Part shown: piece after piece, positions 11,985 to 22,324 of the stretch | Position numbering within the stretch: the stretch's first letter is position 1 | How the letters are laid out: each line of letters begins with the position of its first letter | NCBI GenBank assembly: GCA_000708835.1 | Contig: DF237153.1 | Span: 1 to 64,000, forward strand | Source: Klebsormidium nitens | Taxonomy: Eukaryota; Plantae; Klebsormidiophyceae | Length of the DNA stretch: 64,000 bases | Direction of reading: 5' to 3' | Translations under genes and position numbers: made by a program | Notes under the pieces: model-generated | What the model was told of the DNA's origin: nothing | Database searches by the model: none | The model's input: only the letters and a program-made list of their open reading frames with translations

Positions 11985-12695
11985 TCAAGAGTCAAAGCGT
12001 TTCCTTAAGTCTGTGTCCGTTGGTCGTAACTGCGTCGTCTGTGCGCCATTTGTCCCTAAACCCTTCATCCTCTTGCTGTCTTGCTGGAGACGGGCCTTTT
12101 CCACATCGACCCGCATCCTGCCGGCCAGCCTCGCTCCGGAGCGACAGAGGTCGCGCCTACGGTGAGTACAATAATTTCTCCTCGCCGTGTAGTCGAAGAA
12201 CGCCTCGTTTGGGTAGTCGTACGAATCGTCTCCGATGCACAATGCAATCGGTGGGGCCATCTTGACAAAAATCTGGTTGCCGTTTAACGTGATAGACCCC
12301 GTGTCGCCCGAAAGGTTGTCTTCCAAGGTGACCGTCCCGCTCAGTCGTACTCCCCATACTTCAAAGAAGTTGGAAATGAAATACTCGAGCCAGCTGACGT
12401 GGTTGTAGAAGGGGCCCTTCCCGTCCCAAACAAGAGCGCTCTTGTCATGCGAGACGGTCCAACGGCATTTGCATGATGGGAATTCCTTGAAGATGTGCCA
12501 TCCTTCCCCATTGCAGTAGGGGTCGACTCCCTCTCGCAATATCTTGATCGGGCGCTCCTGACCCGGAACCGCAGAGGGTAGCTTCAGACCATCCTCTGGG
12601 CGGTAGTCCTGAACAGCCTTGAGAATTGCGCTCTCCTCAGCGGTCAGAGGGCGTGACAGGGCAAAGCGGCCGGTGAACTTGGTATCGTAGCCCAT
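11985..12695 (-). CDS. Intronless hypothetical protein resembling a phage/bacterial/large-virus uncharacterised family
   Basis: 236-aa ORF with MGYxTxFxGxFxLxxPL N-terminus and CxW...LVWDGKGPFYNHVSWLEYFISNFFEVWGVRLSGTV core. Family resemblance is from recall, not a search. Confidence 0.6.
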   Translation of the reverse strand: MGYDTKFTGRFALSRPLTAEESAILKAVQDYRPEDGLKLPSAVPGQERPIKILREGVDPYCNGEGWHIFKEFPSCKCRWTVSHDKSALVWDGKGPFYNHVSWLEYFISNFFEVWGVRLSGTVTLEDNLSGDTGSITLNGNQIFVKMAPPIALCIGDDSYDYPNEAFFDYTARRNYCTHRRRDLCRSGARLAGRMRVDVEKARLQQDSKRMKGLGTNGAQTTQLRPTDTDLRKRFDS

Positions 12696-13503
12696 GATAT
12701 GTTGTCCTCCGGGGGCCGAAGCGTTCCCCTAAGCCCGTGCGATGCCCTCTCTCACTCGTTCGAGCGCTGTGCAGGAGGCTGTAGCCAGGACGAGGGCCGC
12801 CTCGAGCAGGGGGGACTCCCCAGCGCCCACTGGTTTTAAAGTACCGATCAGAAACCCGTTCGAAACGGTGAGCTACATCACAACTGGGGCGTGGCCACAT
12901 GTGCACTAGTCTGGAGCCGGCTGCGCTTGTGCGACTTTTGAGGGGCGGGAAGCAACAACTTCGATTCGTTTGAACATTGCACTTTGGAATCATGTTCTGA
13001 CTGTTTGGAGTGCCGGCCGTCGGTAGCGCAATCTGCGTAGGTGCGGGTGCTTCCATTCTTTCAGAGTCGGTCCACAGCTCGTAGCTCTTTGCAAAGAATC
13101 AACAATGTGTACAGCAACAATCGGGCTGGGATCACCAGTCGTAATCGATCCCCAAATCTAGGGTTCTCGTAGGCTCGCTTGTCACACTCATGTCATTACA
13201 TGTGCATGCGCAGGCTGGAGGCGATGCTCAGGATGCGCCTGGAGGTCTTCCCCGCCAGGGGGCTCGCCGAGCCTCATCCCGTGGACGGGGCTCCGATCGT
13301 GCAGGTAAGTGTCCATGTTCTATGACCAGTTCACGGAAAAGACTACTGCTCCGGCCGGATGATACTGGAAGCTCTTCCTCAACAATCCTGAAAAACATTG
13401 CTGTCCCGCTGACGAGATCGATCCGGTCAGGTTCTTTTGAAACGAGCAAGCACGCTGGACAAGAATGTGAAGTCTTGGTCCCTCCTCAGTACAGAGTCAA
13501 CAA

Positions 13504-13929
13504 CTAGTCTTCTCCGTAGTACCCTTTGAACTCGAACGGCTCGACTTCTTTGTCAAAGTCATCTAGACCGAAGCCTCCACGCTCTGCATTTAAGAGCAGG
13601 CTGACATACGGCTCGACCGAATTCTTGTGAAAGTCCTCAAAGCCACCATTCTCTGTGAATTCCTTCAAGAGAGCCGGCCAATCCACCCCACTCGGATCAC
13701 CGCATATGCCCATGCGCGATTGTCTTTGTGGCTGCTTCCAAGAAGAGCCTTGCCCTTTCACAAGTCTCTTGGTCGTTGCTGTCAAGCTTGAACACCTCTT
13801 GTACCAGCTCGGTCGTGATGGGCGTTCCCTTTGCAGAGTCCATCTTTGAGTCCTGAGGTCTGCCTTTTTTTGAAGGAACGTCCCCCTAAGTACTAGACGG
13901 AGCAGAGATTTGTCAACAAGGATCATCAA
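13504..13929 (-). CDS. Small hypothetical protein, GGFE-motif family copy 1
   Basis: DWPALLKEFTENGGFED matches the W-x6-F-x3-GGFE[DE] motif in ORFs at 20.5 kb and 32.8 kb. The start is uncertain. Confidence 0.55.
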   Translation of the reverse strand: MMILVDKSLLRLVLRGTFLQKKADLRTQRWTLQRERPSRPSWYKRCSSLTATTKRLVKGQGSSWKQPQRQSRMGICGDPSGVDWPALLKEFTENGGFEDFHKNSVEPYVSLLLNAERGGFGLDDFDKEVEPFEFKGYYGED

Positions 13930-14246
13930 AGACTGAGTCGGCTTTCAATTGCACCTTATCAAAGCTTGTCCTTGACCTGATGAAAGCGTTGGTCCGGCCG
14001 GGAAGCTAGAGTAGCCTTCTATTCATATACCACACCTCTTTTATCAGCGTCAACACCAAGGAGCCTTCACAGCTTTTGATTGCTGGTCAGCCCGCTCCCA
14101 GGCGGGATGGCCGTCGGTTTGCTCGTGAGTTGGAATGTCTGGACTTGGACAAGTCGCTAATTATAACACCAACAACGAGAAACACCTTTGGACCCGTTCG
14201 TTTGTTGTGCTTTGCTCACATGCTCTCCGACCGTTGCGCGCAGGAG

Positions 14247-17200
14247 ATGGAGATGGAGGAGATTCCAGAGGCAAACACCGTTGGGCAGGACACGACTGAG
14301 CCAGCTTCAAACGAGATTCAGGATTCCGCCGGCAGCCTGCTGGTGAGAACGTGCGCGACCTTGGAACAGCCCGCTGTCTTTTGCCTAAAGCGGCCACACG
14401 GCTTCCTGCTCAAGTCATTCTCTCGATTGCAAACATTGTGATTACAAGAGGCACTCGGCCCCTAATCTCCCTTTTGTGAACAATCACGGTCATTCAGATG
14501 CAAGCACGGTCTGACTACACGGGTCTCTTAGGCACATCTGCGAGGATTCCTTGAGATTGCTCTTGAGTCCAAATCCTCTGAAGAAATCCAAACGAGTCCC
14601 TGGGCTAGCTTCCAATTTGAAATGCATGTGCGGTTCAGTCATGCAGTCTGCTGACTGCTTCTCGAACATTCCACTCTGCAGAGGCACACGACGACCGTCT
14701 ACGGCCAGCAGTGGTTCAAGAGCAAGGAGACTCCGACCGGCCGGGGCCCCAAGGACCTCGCCGTGGCCTGGAAGACCCTCCACGGCCACGGCATTCTCGT
14801 CGCTGCTGACTCCGCGTCAGATTCCGCTGCCAAGATGTTCACCAGCTTCCAGGACGTTCCTGCCCTGCTGGTTTACTGCGCACGCCTCCGGGGCCGGAGC
14901 AAGCACCTGTACGAGTGCCTGCTCGAAGTGACCCCTTCGCTGCTCTACTACGACCTGGACTACTACGTGCCTTCGAACGTGTGCGCGGGGGACTCCGAGG
15001 ACGCGGTCGGGGCGCGGGACGCAGAGTTTGCTGAGCGGAAGCGGCACTTTGAGCGGCTCAGGGACGGGTTTCTGGAGGCGGTTCTGGGGGTGTCGAGAGA
15101 GGCGGTGCGGTTCGAGGAGAGCACTGCGCACGGAGGGGTCCCGGGGGGGTTCAAGTTCAGCGTTCATGGGGTGCTCAAGGGCTTCTACCTGGAGGACAGC
15201 CGAGCGCGGGGCCTGTTTGCAAAGGCATTCGAACAGTTCCTGAAGAACCCGCCCCCGCAGTTGGCGCGCAGCGCCGAGTTCGTCTGGACGGAGGATCAGC
15301 GGGGCCGCCCAAAGCTAATCTGGGACGGCACGGTCTACTCCAAGTTCCAGAACTGGCGCATGCTGCGGTCGAGCAAGAAGGGGAGCGACCGCGTCCTCGA
15401 GCCGAGCGAGGGCAGCTCGGAGCTCATTGTGGACCACCTGGCGGGGCTCTACTCGGCAGCGGCGCTGCAGTGCTGCGCCCGGCTAGACGTGGCGCGCCTC
15501 GAGGCGTACCTCCAGCAGCACGCGCCCACCCTGTCGCGGCCGCGGCGCCCAACGATGCGCGTGAGAGACGCGGGCCTCGCGGAAGATGGCGGGCAGAATC
15601 GGGCGGACCTGGGCGAGGAGGAGCAGCGCGTGCTGGTGGAGTGCTACCAGCAGGAGCACCCCGGCGCTACGCTCGCGCGCGTTCACGTGGTCGGCTCGGG
15701 GGTCTTCACGGTCCACTTCGACGTGCCAGAGCCCACGTGTCTCCTCGCCGGCCGTCCGCACACGTCCCCGGGCAACAACAACACGTACCTGCTCTACCGC
15801 CGAACCCGGCCGGGGGTGGCATTGTACAAGTGCCATTCCGCCACCTGCAGGTGAGCAACCACGGGCAACAGGGACCGCTTCAATCCGATTCCTATCTTCC
15901 AAACAACGATCCATGAAATACGTTTTAGGAGGCCCAAGGCTGGACGATAAGAATCAATCCGAATCGCCCGCGGTTTCTGCTTCTGGAACAGCTTCCGTCA
16001 CTAGCGTCGTGAGGTTCTGCAAGATACTTCAGGGTCGACAGTAGGATTCGTTTGGCACTCTGTAATGCTAGACTCTTGCAGCTGGCGGTGTATCAGTCAG
16101 TCAAACTCTGCCCTCATGATATAAGCGTTGCAGCTTCCAATGTTGAAACTTTTGACTCGCCGATAAGCCCGGCCATACCTCGTTCTTTTCGGTAATTCTG
16201 TGCTTAGCAGCGTGTACAAGTCGAAAGTCCCCTCGTAGTATAAGCTCTGCAGTTCTTTTATGGCGGAACTTTTGACTCGCAGCCAAGCCCAAACCCGGCC
16301 ATCCCTCGTCCTCCGTGAAACCTTGTGAATTACAGCGTCAACCAGTCAGAACTTCCCGTCAGATAATAAGCTCTGCAGCTTCTCACGGCAGGACTTTTTG
16401 ACTCGCAGCTAAGCCCGGCCATACCTCGTCGTTTCTGAAAATTCGTGGGTAACAGCGTCGACCAGTCAAAACCTCCCGTGAGAATATAAGTATTGCAGCT
16501 TTCCAGGTCGGAACTTTTGACTCGCCGCCAAGACCGGCCATCCGTCTGTCTGTCCGTGTGTGCTTAGGAGCTCAGACCAGTCAAAACCTCACGTCAGAAT
16601 ATAAGCATTGCAGATTTCCAGGTTGAAACTTTTGACTCGCTGACAAGCCCGGCCATACCTTGCCGTTCGGGATATTCAGGGACTAACGGCGCGGACCAGT
16701 CAAAACCCCCCGTCAGAGTATAACCATTGCCGCTTTCCCCGGCGGATTTTTTTGACTCACTGCAAAACCCGGCCATCCCTTCTGTTTGTGAATTCCCCTT
16801 CGAGCTAAAGTCTTCGCCCTCTCGTTTTGCAGCGGAGTTGCGCGTGTGCTCCATTTGGAGACAGAGCAAATCACGGGCTGGACGGAGGATTATGTCAAGG
16901 CGGACGGCATGCACCCGTATCCACTCTTCTCCCTCGATTCCCCTGCCAAGAAAACGACCCTCGTGTCAGCCAACAAGGGCATTGGGAAGTCGAAGGAGGG
17001 AAACGACTGGCTGGAGAGACTTCTGCAACGGTTTCCGTGTGCGACCTTCCTCATGGTCGCAGCCAACGTCACGCTCGCTCGGAAGTATGCGGAGGATACA
17101 CGGCGGTGCGGCGTCGCGGCCACGCTGTATCTCGATGTGCTTGGAAAGATCGAGGCGAACAGGGTCGTTGTTTGCGTAAACTCCCTCCCCAGACTGGCTG

Positions 17201-20019
17201 CGAATTTTGACGTGGTCATAATGGACGAGATGGACATGATCCTGTCCAACATGAACTCGGACGTCATGGCCCGGAAGAAGATGGTCTTCCTGGCGCTGGA
17301 AGGGGCGACGCGGCACGCCAAGGTCGTGCTCGGGATGGACGCGAACATCGGCAGCCCGCGGGTGATGCAGTGGCTGCACATGGTGCGGCCAGATGCTGCC
17401 TTGCACACAATCCGCAACCGTGGGGTGTACCCGGGAGCGCGGAAGGCCACGATCAAGTACATCCCTGCGACGGCGCGGTTCCAGAAGGACCCGTACGGCC
17501 CGGCGATTGCCGAGACGTTGGAGTCTCTCGCGAAAGGCGAGCACATCATAGTAAGTGTCTTCTCTCCTCCGACCCATCCTTGCGCAAGACCGAACGAGAC
17601 ATTCTGCCCCGCTCCTCGCTAAAAGAGCCTACGAAGAAGTGGACTCTGTGCTTCTAGATTGCGCTTGGTGAGCGCCTGCTCCACGTCCCCCTTGTTTTTT
17701 CAGATTGACGAGCAAGCCTTCACGCTAGATCTGTTTCGTTTTTCGAAGTGACTTCGTGCAAGCCTTTGCCAAGAAAGACGTCAAGGCCGCCCTACCTTTA
17801 TTGCCAGAATCAAAGTCAGCTGATATGGCGGAATCTGCCAAGTCTGATCTACGCTTTAGAGAAAGGAACATCAGGACAGTCCGCTCTTTCTGACCAAACT
17901 CATTGAAGGATTTCAGTCTGATGACGTGGCAGATTTCTTAAACGGAACCAATGGGCTGCTGCCACGTCAGCATAAGGAATTCTGATTGCTTCTGCACGAA
18001 TCTGATCTTGCTGGGTGGGTTTAAAGACGTTAAGACTGCCCCTCGGAATCTGTCCTGGTGGGCTTAGATGAGCGCTTTTATCTAGTGACGTGGCAGCTTT
18101 TCGAAGTGAAGAGGCCGTCACGTCAGCAGAAATGAGTCTTCGTCAAAGTTAAATGCAAGTCTGAACACAGACGCTTTGTTTGGACCAAGAATCGGGCCAC
18201 CGATGCTAACGCCCGTGGGTGCCCCGTGGTTCCATTCCATTCCGTCCAATTCTGTTGGAACAGACATCTGAATTCGCCGTTTATCTTTTTGCAGGCGCCT
18301 TCGTCCAGCAAGACGTACGTCCTGAAGCTCGAGGAAGCCTTCAAGCAGCGGTTCCCAAGCGACGGCCCGACTGCCAAGTCAGGGAAGTTCTTCTACTCCA
18401 AATCTACGACGAAAGCGGCGAAAGCCGCTCTCGAGCTGGCGGTCACCGACCCCGACACCCACATGACGGCAGACCTGTGCGCCTCCTCCCCCGTGATCGG
18501 CCCCGGCATCTCGCGAGAGCGGCCCCACTTCGACAGGCTCATCGCTTTCGCCTTGAACAGCTTCGAGCGGGGGCCGACCGTCGAGACCTTCCTCCAGCAG
18601 CTCTTCCGCGATCGTACGGTCACCGACTTTACAATCTACGTCAAGGAAGGCGCGGGCCCCCGGTCGCTTCCCTCGACCGTGGAGGACGTTTTCTGCGCGA
18701 TCGAAGACAACGATCGCGAGCTCGCCAAGCTCTTGGGCAGCACCGACCATCTGGATTTCCTGCTGGCCCCCTCCGGAACGCGGCCAGTCTGCAACAGGAA
18801 CTCCCCCGCCTGCGTCCTGTATGCGAACAACGTCCTCACGGTCGCCAACAGCTTCCGCAACTTCCCGGAGCTCCTGCGCGCAGACCTGATCAAGCAGGGG
18901 TTCGTCGTCCACGAGGAGTACCTGGGCAACGAAGCCCCCTCTTTTCAGGTGCGCAGAGTGGGTCCCAAAGACGATGACCAGGACCTCGCTGACGATATTT
19001 GGCGCGCCAGGTATGTGGTCGATGACAAGGCGTATTGCAACCTCCTCGAGAAGGATGAGATCGAGACCCTGGACGAAGTGGAGGTGCGGCAGAGACACAT
19101 CTACGAGTGCATCCGCAACGTGCACAAGGTGGATCCTCGTTGCGTTAACCACAACTACGAGGCGGTGCACTGCGGAAAGGAGCTCGTACCGTATCAGAAT
19201 TACATCAGGTGAGCGAAGAACGATACAGTAATCCAAGCAAGCTGCGGTTAGGTCGATCTGAGATCGTGCTCAGCCCTGTTCTTTGGAGGCTTCCGAACCG
19301 CTTGCGTGATGAATCTCGCTTTGAAGAATCGACGCTGCTTTCGATTGCCTCTTGGATCAGCACGTCATTCTTGGATCAGCTTTGCCGTGCTTTCTCTCTG
19401 CTTTAGAAAGGGGTGTCTTGTTGCTGTCGGCTTTAGATGTACGGGTGCATCCAGATGACCCTGCAAAGCTCCCCTGTACAGGTTCCAAACGACTCCGTTC
19501 CCCGACCTCATTGACGACCTCGCGAGAGCCCTGAAAGAACGCGACATGGAAGGCGTGACAAAGGATTACGTTGCTGACATGGGCGACATGTCGCTTCGAG
19601 TGCCTCCTGCGGTGATCGTTCTGGCGGAATTGATGGGGTGCGGGCCGGAGGATGTGGAGAGGTGCAAAGAGGATGGGTTTCCGGTCGAGGAGGATGCATT
19701 TCAAACGGTCCACGACACGTTGCTCGCGCAAACGCCCAAAGTGCTCAGCTTTATGCACAATTTCTACGGGATTGATCAGACGGCCGAAACTCTAACGGCG
19801 ACAATGAAGCGCAACGCCATCAAGAAGATTCTCCACATAGGCCTCGGGCTCAACCACATTCCCCCGAAGAAGTCGAACGGGAAGTTCGTAGCTGGCTGGC
19901 CCCACATCTTCAAGCCGCTGCTGTGGCAGGAGGTGCGAGAGAAGTACGGCCGACTGGTTGATTACCAGGCGACACAGACGGCGGAGGTTTGCAAGATAAC
20001 GCCCACAGATGCTTTATAA
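14247..20019 (+). CDS. Five-exon fusion: PrimPol-like archaeo-eukaryotic primase + C-H-C-C Zn finger + UL9/origin-binding-protein-type SF2 helicase
   Basis: Predicted exons 14247-14342, 14682-15850, 16833-17550, 18295-19208 and 19482-20019. All introns are GT-AG and keep the frame (phases 0,2,0,2). AEP motifs YYDLDY, FSVHG and WDGTVYSKFQNWRMLRSSK. Zn finger CLLAGRPH...YKCHSATC. Helicase SANKGIGKS (Walker A), VVCVNSLPRL...VVIMDEMD (Walker B), MDAN, HIIAPSSS, SSPVIGPGIS. Exon 1 is the least certain. Confidence 0.85.
16098..16800 (-). repeat. Tandem array 3 of family-A palindromic box (6 boxes, about 117-125 bp period), inside intron 15851-16832
   Basis: Plus-strand units ACCAGTCAAAAC...ATAAG(C/T)ATTGCAGCTTT...AACTTTTGACTCGC...AAGCCCGGCCATACC, i.e. 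the family-A box in reverse orientation. Confidence 0.95.
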
Positions 20020-20505
20020 GTGCTTCAGGAGGGGGCAGCATAAGTAGGTCTCTCGTGCAAAAGATATCAGTTATCTCTCTGTTCTGATTATTATGACAGA
20101 ATAGACATTCTTGTCTGAGAGTTATCTGTTCTGTCGACCCTAGTCTTCTTTATTGCTCAGAATTGAAACCGTTTTGTACCATAACAAGCCAGCCTAGTAC
20201 CCTTGCAAGTACAATGAATATTATAAACGAGGTTCCCCGACATCAAGACCAGACTACGATTCGGCATCATAGAATCGCCATGCTTGCATGACGCGCCCAT
20301 GGCCCGCAGTTTACAAAAGACTTTGGATGACATGGTATATGAAGCTGCCAATCTGCACGGGTTAGAAGGCTCTATTGTATGGCTTTCCGATGCGAATTGA
20401 CGGGCCGATCCATACCGCACTGCACTCGATGCACCTTGACAATACGATCAATTGCGTCTTTGAGATCTCCCGCCTCTCTGCCGCTTCTCGGTCTCCAACC
20501 GGCCT

Positions 20506-20865
20506 TCAATCCTTAGCGTCACACGAAAGGTAGTTGTACTTGTCCAGGAGGTGATTGAGTGACTCGACATCATGGTGCGGCTTGTTGAAGAAGCGTTTGT
20601 GATATTGGTGAAGGATATTGACACGAGACCGCTCTTCGAAACCTCCATGAGCCAGGAATGCCAGAAGAGCACCCGGCCAATCTATGTTGCCCACTTGTCG
20701 ACAGCTCCCGAAAGCGCGAAGATGACGGATCACAAAGGCGATGAGATTGTAGAGCTCCAAAGCGGTCTCAATCGCCCATGAGTCATCAGTATTCATCTCG
20801 AAAAGATGCTTCACGATCTCTCCGTCGCTAATGAAGCTCCAGTCAAAGCTGAGGTCGGACGCCAT
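20506..20865 (-). CDS. Small hypothetical protein, GGFE-motif family copy 2
   Basis: ATG at 20865 (MASDLSFDW...). Contains IDWPGALLAFLAHGGFEE. Confidence 0.55.
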   Translation of the reverse strand: MASDLSFDWSFISDGEIVKHLFEMNTDDSWAIETALELYNLIAFVIRHLRAFGSCRQVGNIDWPGALLAFLAHGGFEERSRVNILHQYHKRFFNKPHHDVESLNHLLDKYNYLSCDAKD

Positions 20866-21027
20866 GCTCAACAATTGGTTGGTTTTGGAGCAATTGCGTC
20901 TCCCTAAGTATGTCACTAATGGCCGGGCGTGACCACTTTTGCACGTTCTAGGTCGATTTTGCGTGTGGAAGTCACACTCGACATTCGTTGAATAGCATGC
21001 ACAGCGGAATCTAGCCACGGCCGTTAC

Positions 21028-21501
21028 TTGCCGCTTGAGCGAGGGTTCCGTACGTACTTAGGGAAAGAGATTGGGCTGATGATAGTATCAGATTTTCGGG
21101 CCCGTGCAATGGAAGAGCTTGCAGATGGACGCATCCGATGCCGAGCAGTTGGGGTGACCTTCGAAGGTCGTCGGAACCGGATTCGCATGCTTCGACCTGG
21201 TCAGGAGCTCATACTACGCAAGCATTTGATGGATGGATATAACGCACATGGCATCGGCATCTTCGCTCCTACGGAAGACTCGCCTCTGGGCTTTGTTGGG
21301 AAAGAGTTCAAATACCATAATGTTTTTGGCCCAATTCGGAGAGGGTTAGAGATGCAAGCACGAGTGCACCGCGTTAATTGGGGCCGCTATGGACAGTGTG
21401 GGTTTGAGGTGGAGATTCTTAACGATTCAAGCTCGAGTACAAGCTACAACCCTGCTTTGGACGACACGCTCTGCGAGATCATTAGAAGAGAGCGATCATA
21501 G
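21028..21501 (+). CDS. Stand-alone HIRAN-domain protein (degenerate)
   Basis: RAVGVTFEGRRNRIRMLRPGQELILRKHLMDGYNAHGIGIF...LGFVGKE follows the HIRAN pattern (vaGv.f.gr...l..G..l.L.rep.NpyD.nAi.v...lGyv). Probable ATG near 21109. Confidence 0.65.
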   Translation: MPLERGFRTYLGKEIGLMIVSDFRARAMEELADGRIRCRAVGVTFEGRRNRIRMLRPGQELILRKHLMDGYNAHGIGIFAPTEDSPLGFVGKEFKYHNVFGPIRRGLEMQARVHRVNWGRYGQCGFEVEILNDSSSSTSYNPALDDTLCEIIRRERS

Positions 21502-21582
21502 TTTGAAGGACGATTTGTCATCACCGCGGTAGTGCAACGGTTGCCATCATTTTTCTCTATAGACGATAGTTGAACAGATTGT

Positions 21583-22137
21583 ATGGATGCGATCCTTGGT
21601 TTTCGTCCTCATGCACGCGTCGCAATTCTTGACATGGACAAACAGATCCTTGAAAGTGGTCGGTCGGCAATTGTGAGGGCATATCAAGAATTTGGATCCC
21701 TTGAAACGACGTTGGATGCCATTGCGATGGGCGGCATCCGATGTTTAGCAGATCCGTTTAATTTGCCCCATATATGCAGAGCCCTCGTTCGCTCGTTGAT
21801 TGCGGAGGGTTTCCAATCCTTTTGGGATAGAAGCAATGCAGATTGCCCATACATGGTGAAGGTTAGCTGGAGAGCTGCCCTGAGAAATGCAACTCAATCT
21901 CGGCGACGAGCCCGCAAGTTGCGAGTCGTAACATCCAAGGAGAATGTGCATGATGCTCGAGTGCTTTCTCCCCTCGACCACATACAAACAAGAGCAATAT
22001 CCCCATCCTTCTCATCTCGTCCTCCGAGTGTCATCTGGACGGATGATAACGTGCCTGTGCTGGGCCTGGAGGAAATTGCAAACGTGAAACCGCTTCGAGG
22101 TGCTCTCGACTCTCCCAAATCCGCCCGGTCTGGATAA
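21583..22137 (+). CDS. Hypothetical protein
   Basis: 184-aa ATG-initiated intronless ORF, co-oriented between HIRAN and the recombinase. No recognisable motif. Confidence 0.35.
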   Translation: MDAILGFRPHARVAILDMDKQILESGRSAIVRAYQEFGSLETTLDAIAMGGIRCLADPFNLPHICRALVRSLIAEGFQSFWDRSNADCPYMVKVSWRAALRNATQSRRRARKLRVVTSKENVHDARVLSPLDHIQTRAISPSFSSRPPSVIWTDDNVPVLGLEEIANVKPLRGALDSPKSARSG

Positions 22138-22324
22138 CGGAATATATAAAAAAGCCCACTTTCCTATTTCTGTACACCGCTAGTCACATTATCTGGAGCT
22201 AGTAGCTTTTCGGCCGAAAAGTTACGACCCGTCTGGCTACGAAGCCGGCTTATACAAGCTTTTGTAACCAGAAAATTGACAAAAGCGACTTGGCATGTTG
22301 AATTCGTTCGACGATTTTTGAGAC

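Noticed and set aside
5560-16800. Family-A arrays as CRISPR arrays (repeat-spacer look, palindromic repeat)
   Set aside because: Spacers recur in a few related types instead of being unique, the repeats are long and degenerate, no cas genes are present, and the context is eukaryotic.
14551-19236. Long antisense or alternative-frame ORFs overlapping the PrimPol-helicase gene (e.g. 16890-17549, 18219-18977, 18379-19236)
   Set aside because: Shadow ORFs typical of GC3-rich coding DNA; the motif-bearing frame is the one annotated.
20040-20150. Short direct repeat (AGTTATCT..TGTTCTG) and hairpin as left attachment site or terminus of the integrase cassette
   Set aside because: No convincing matching copy near 27.4 kb could be found by eye.
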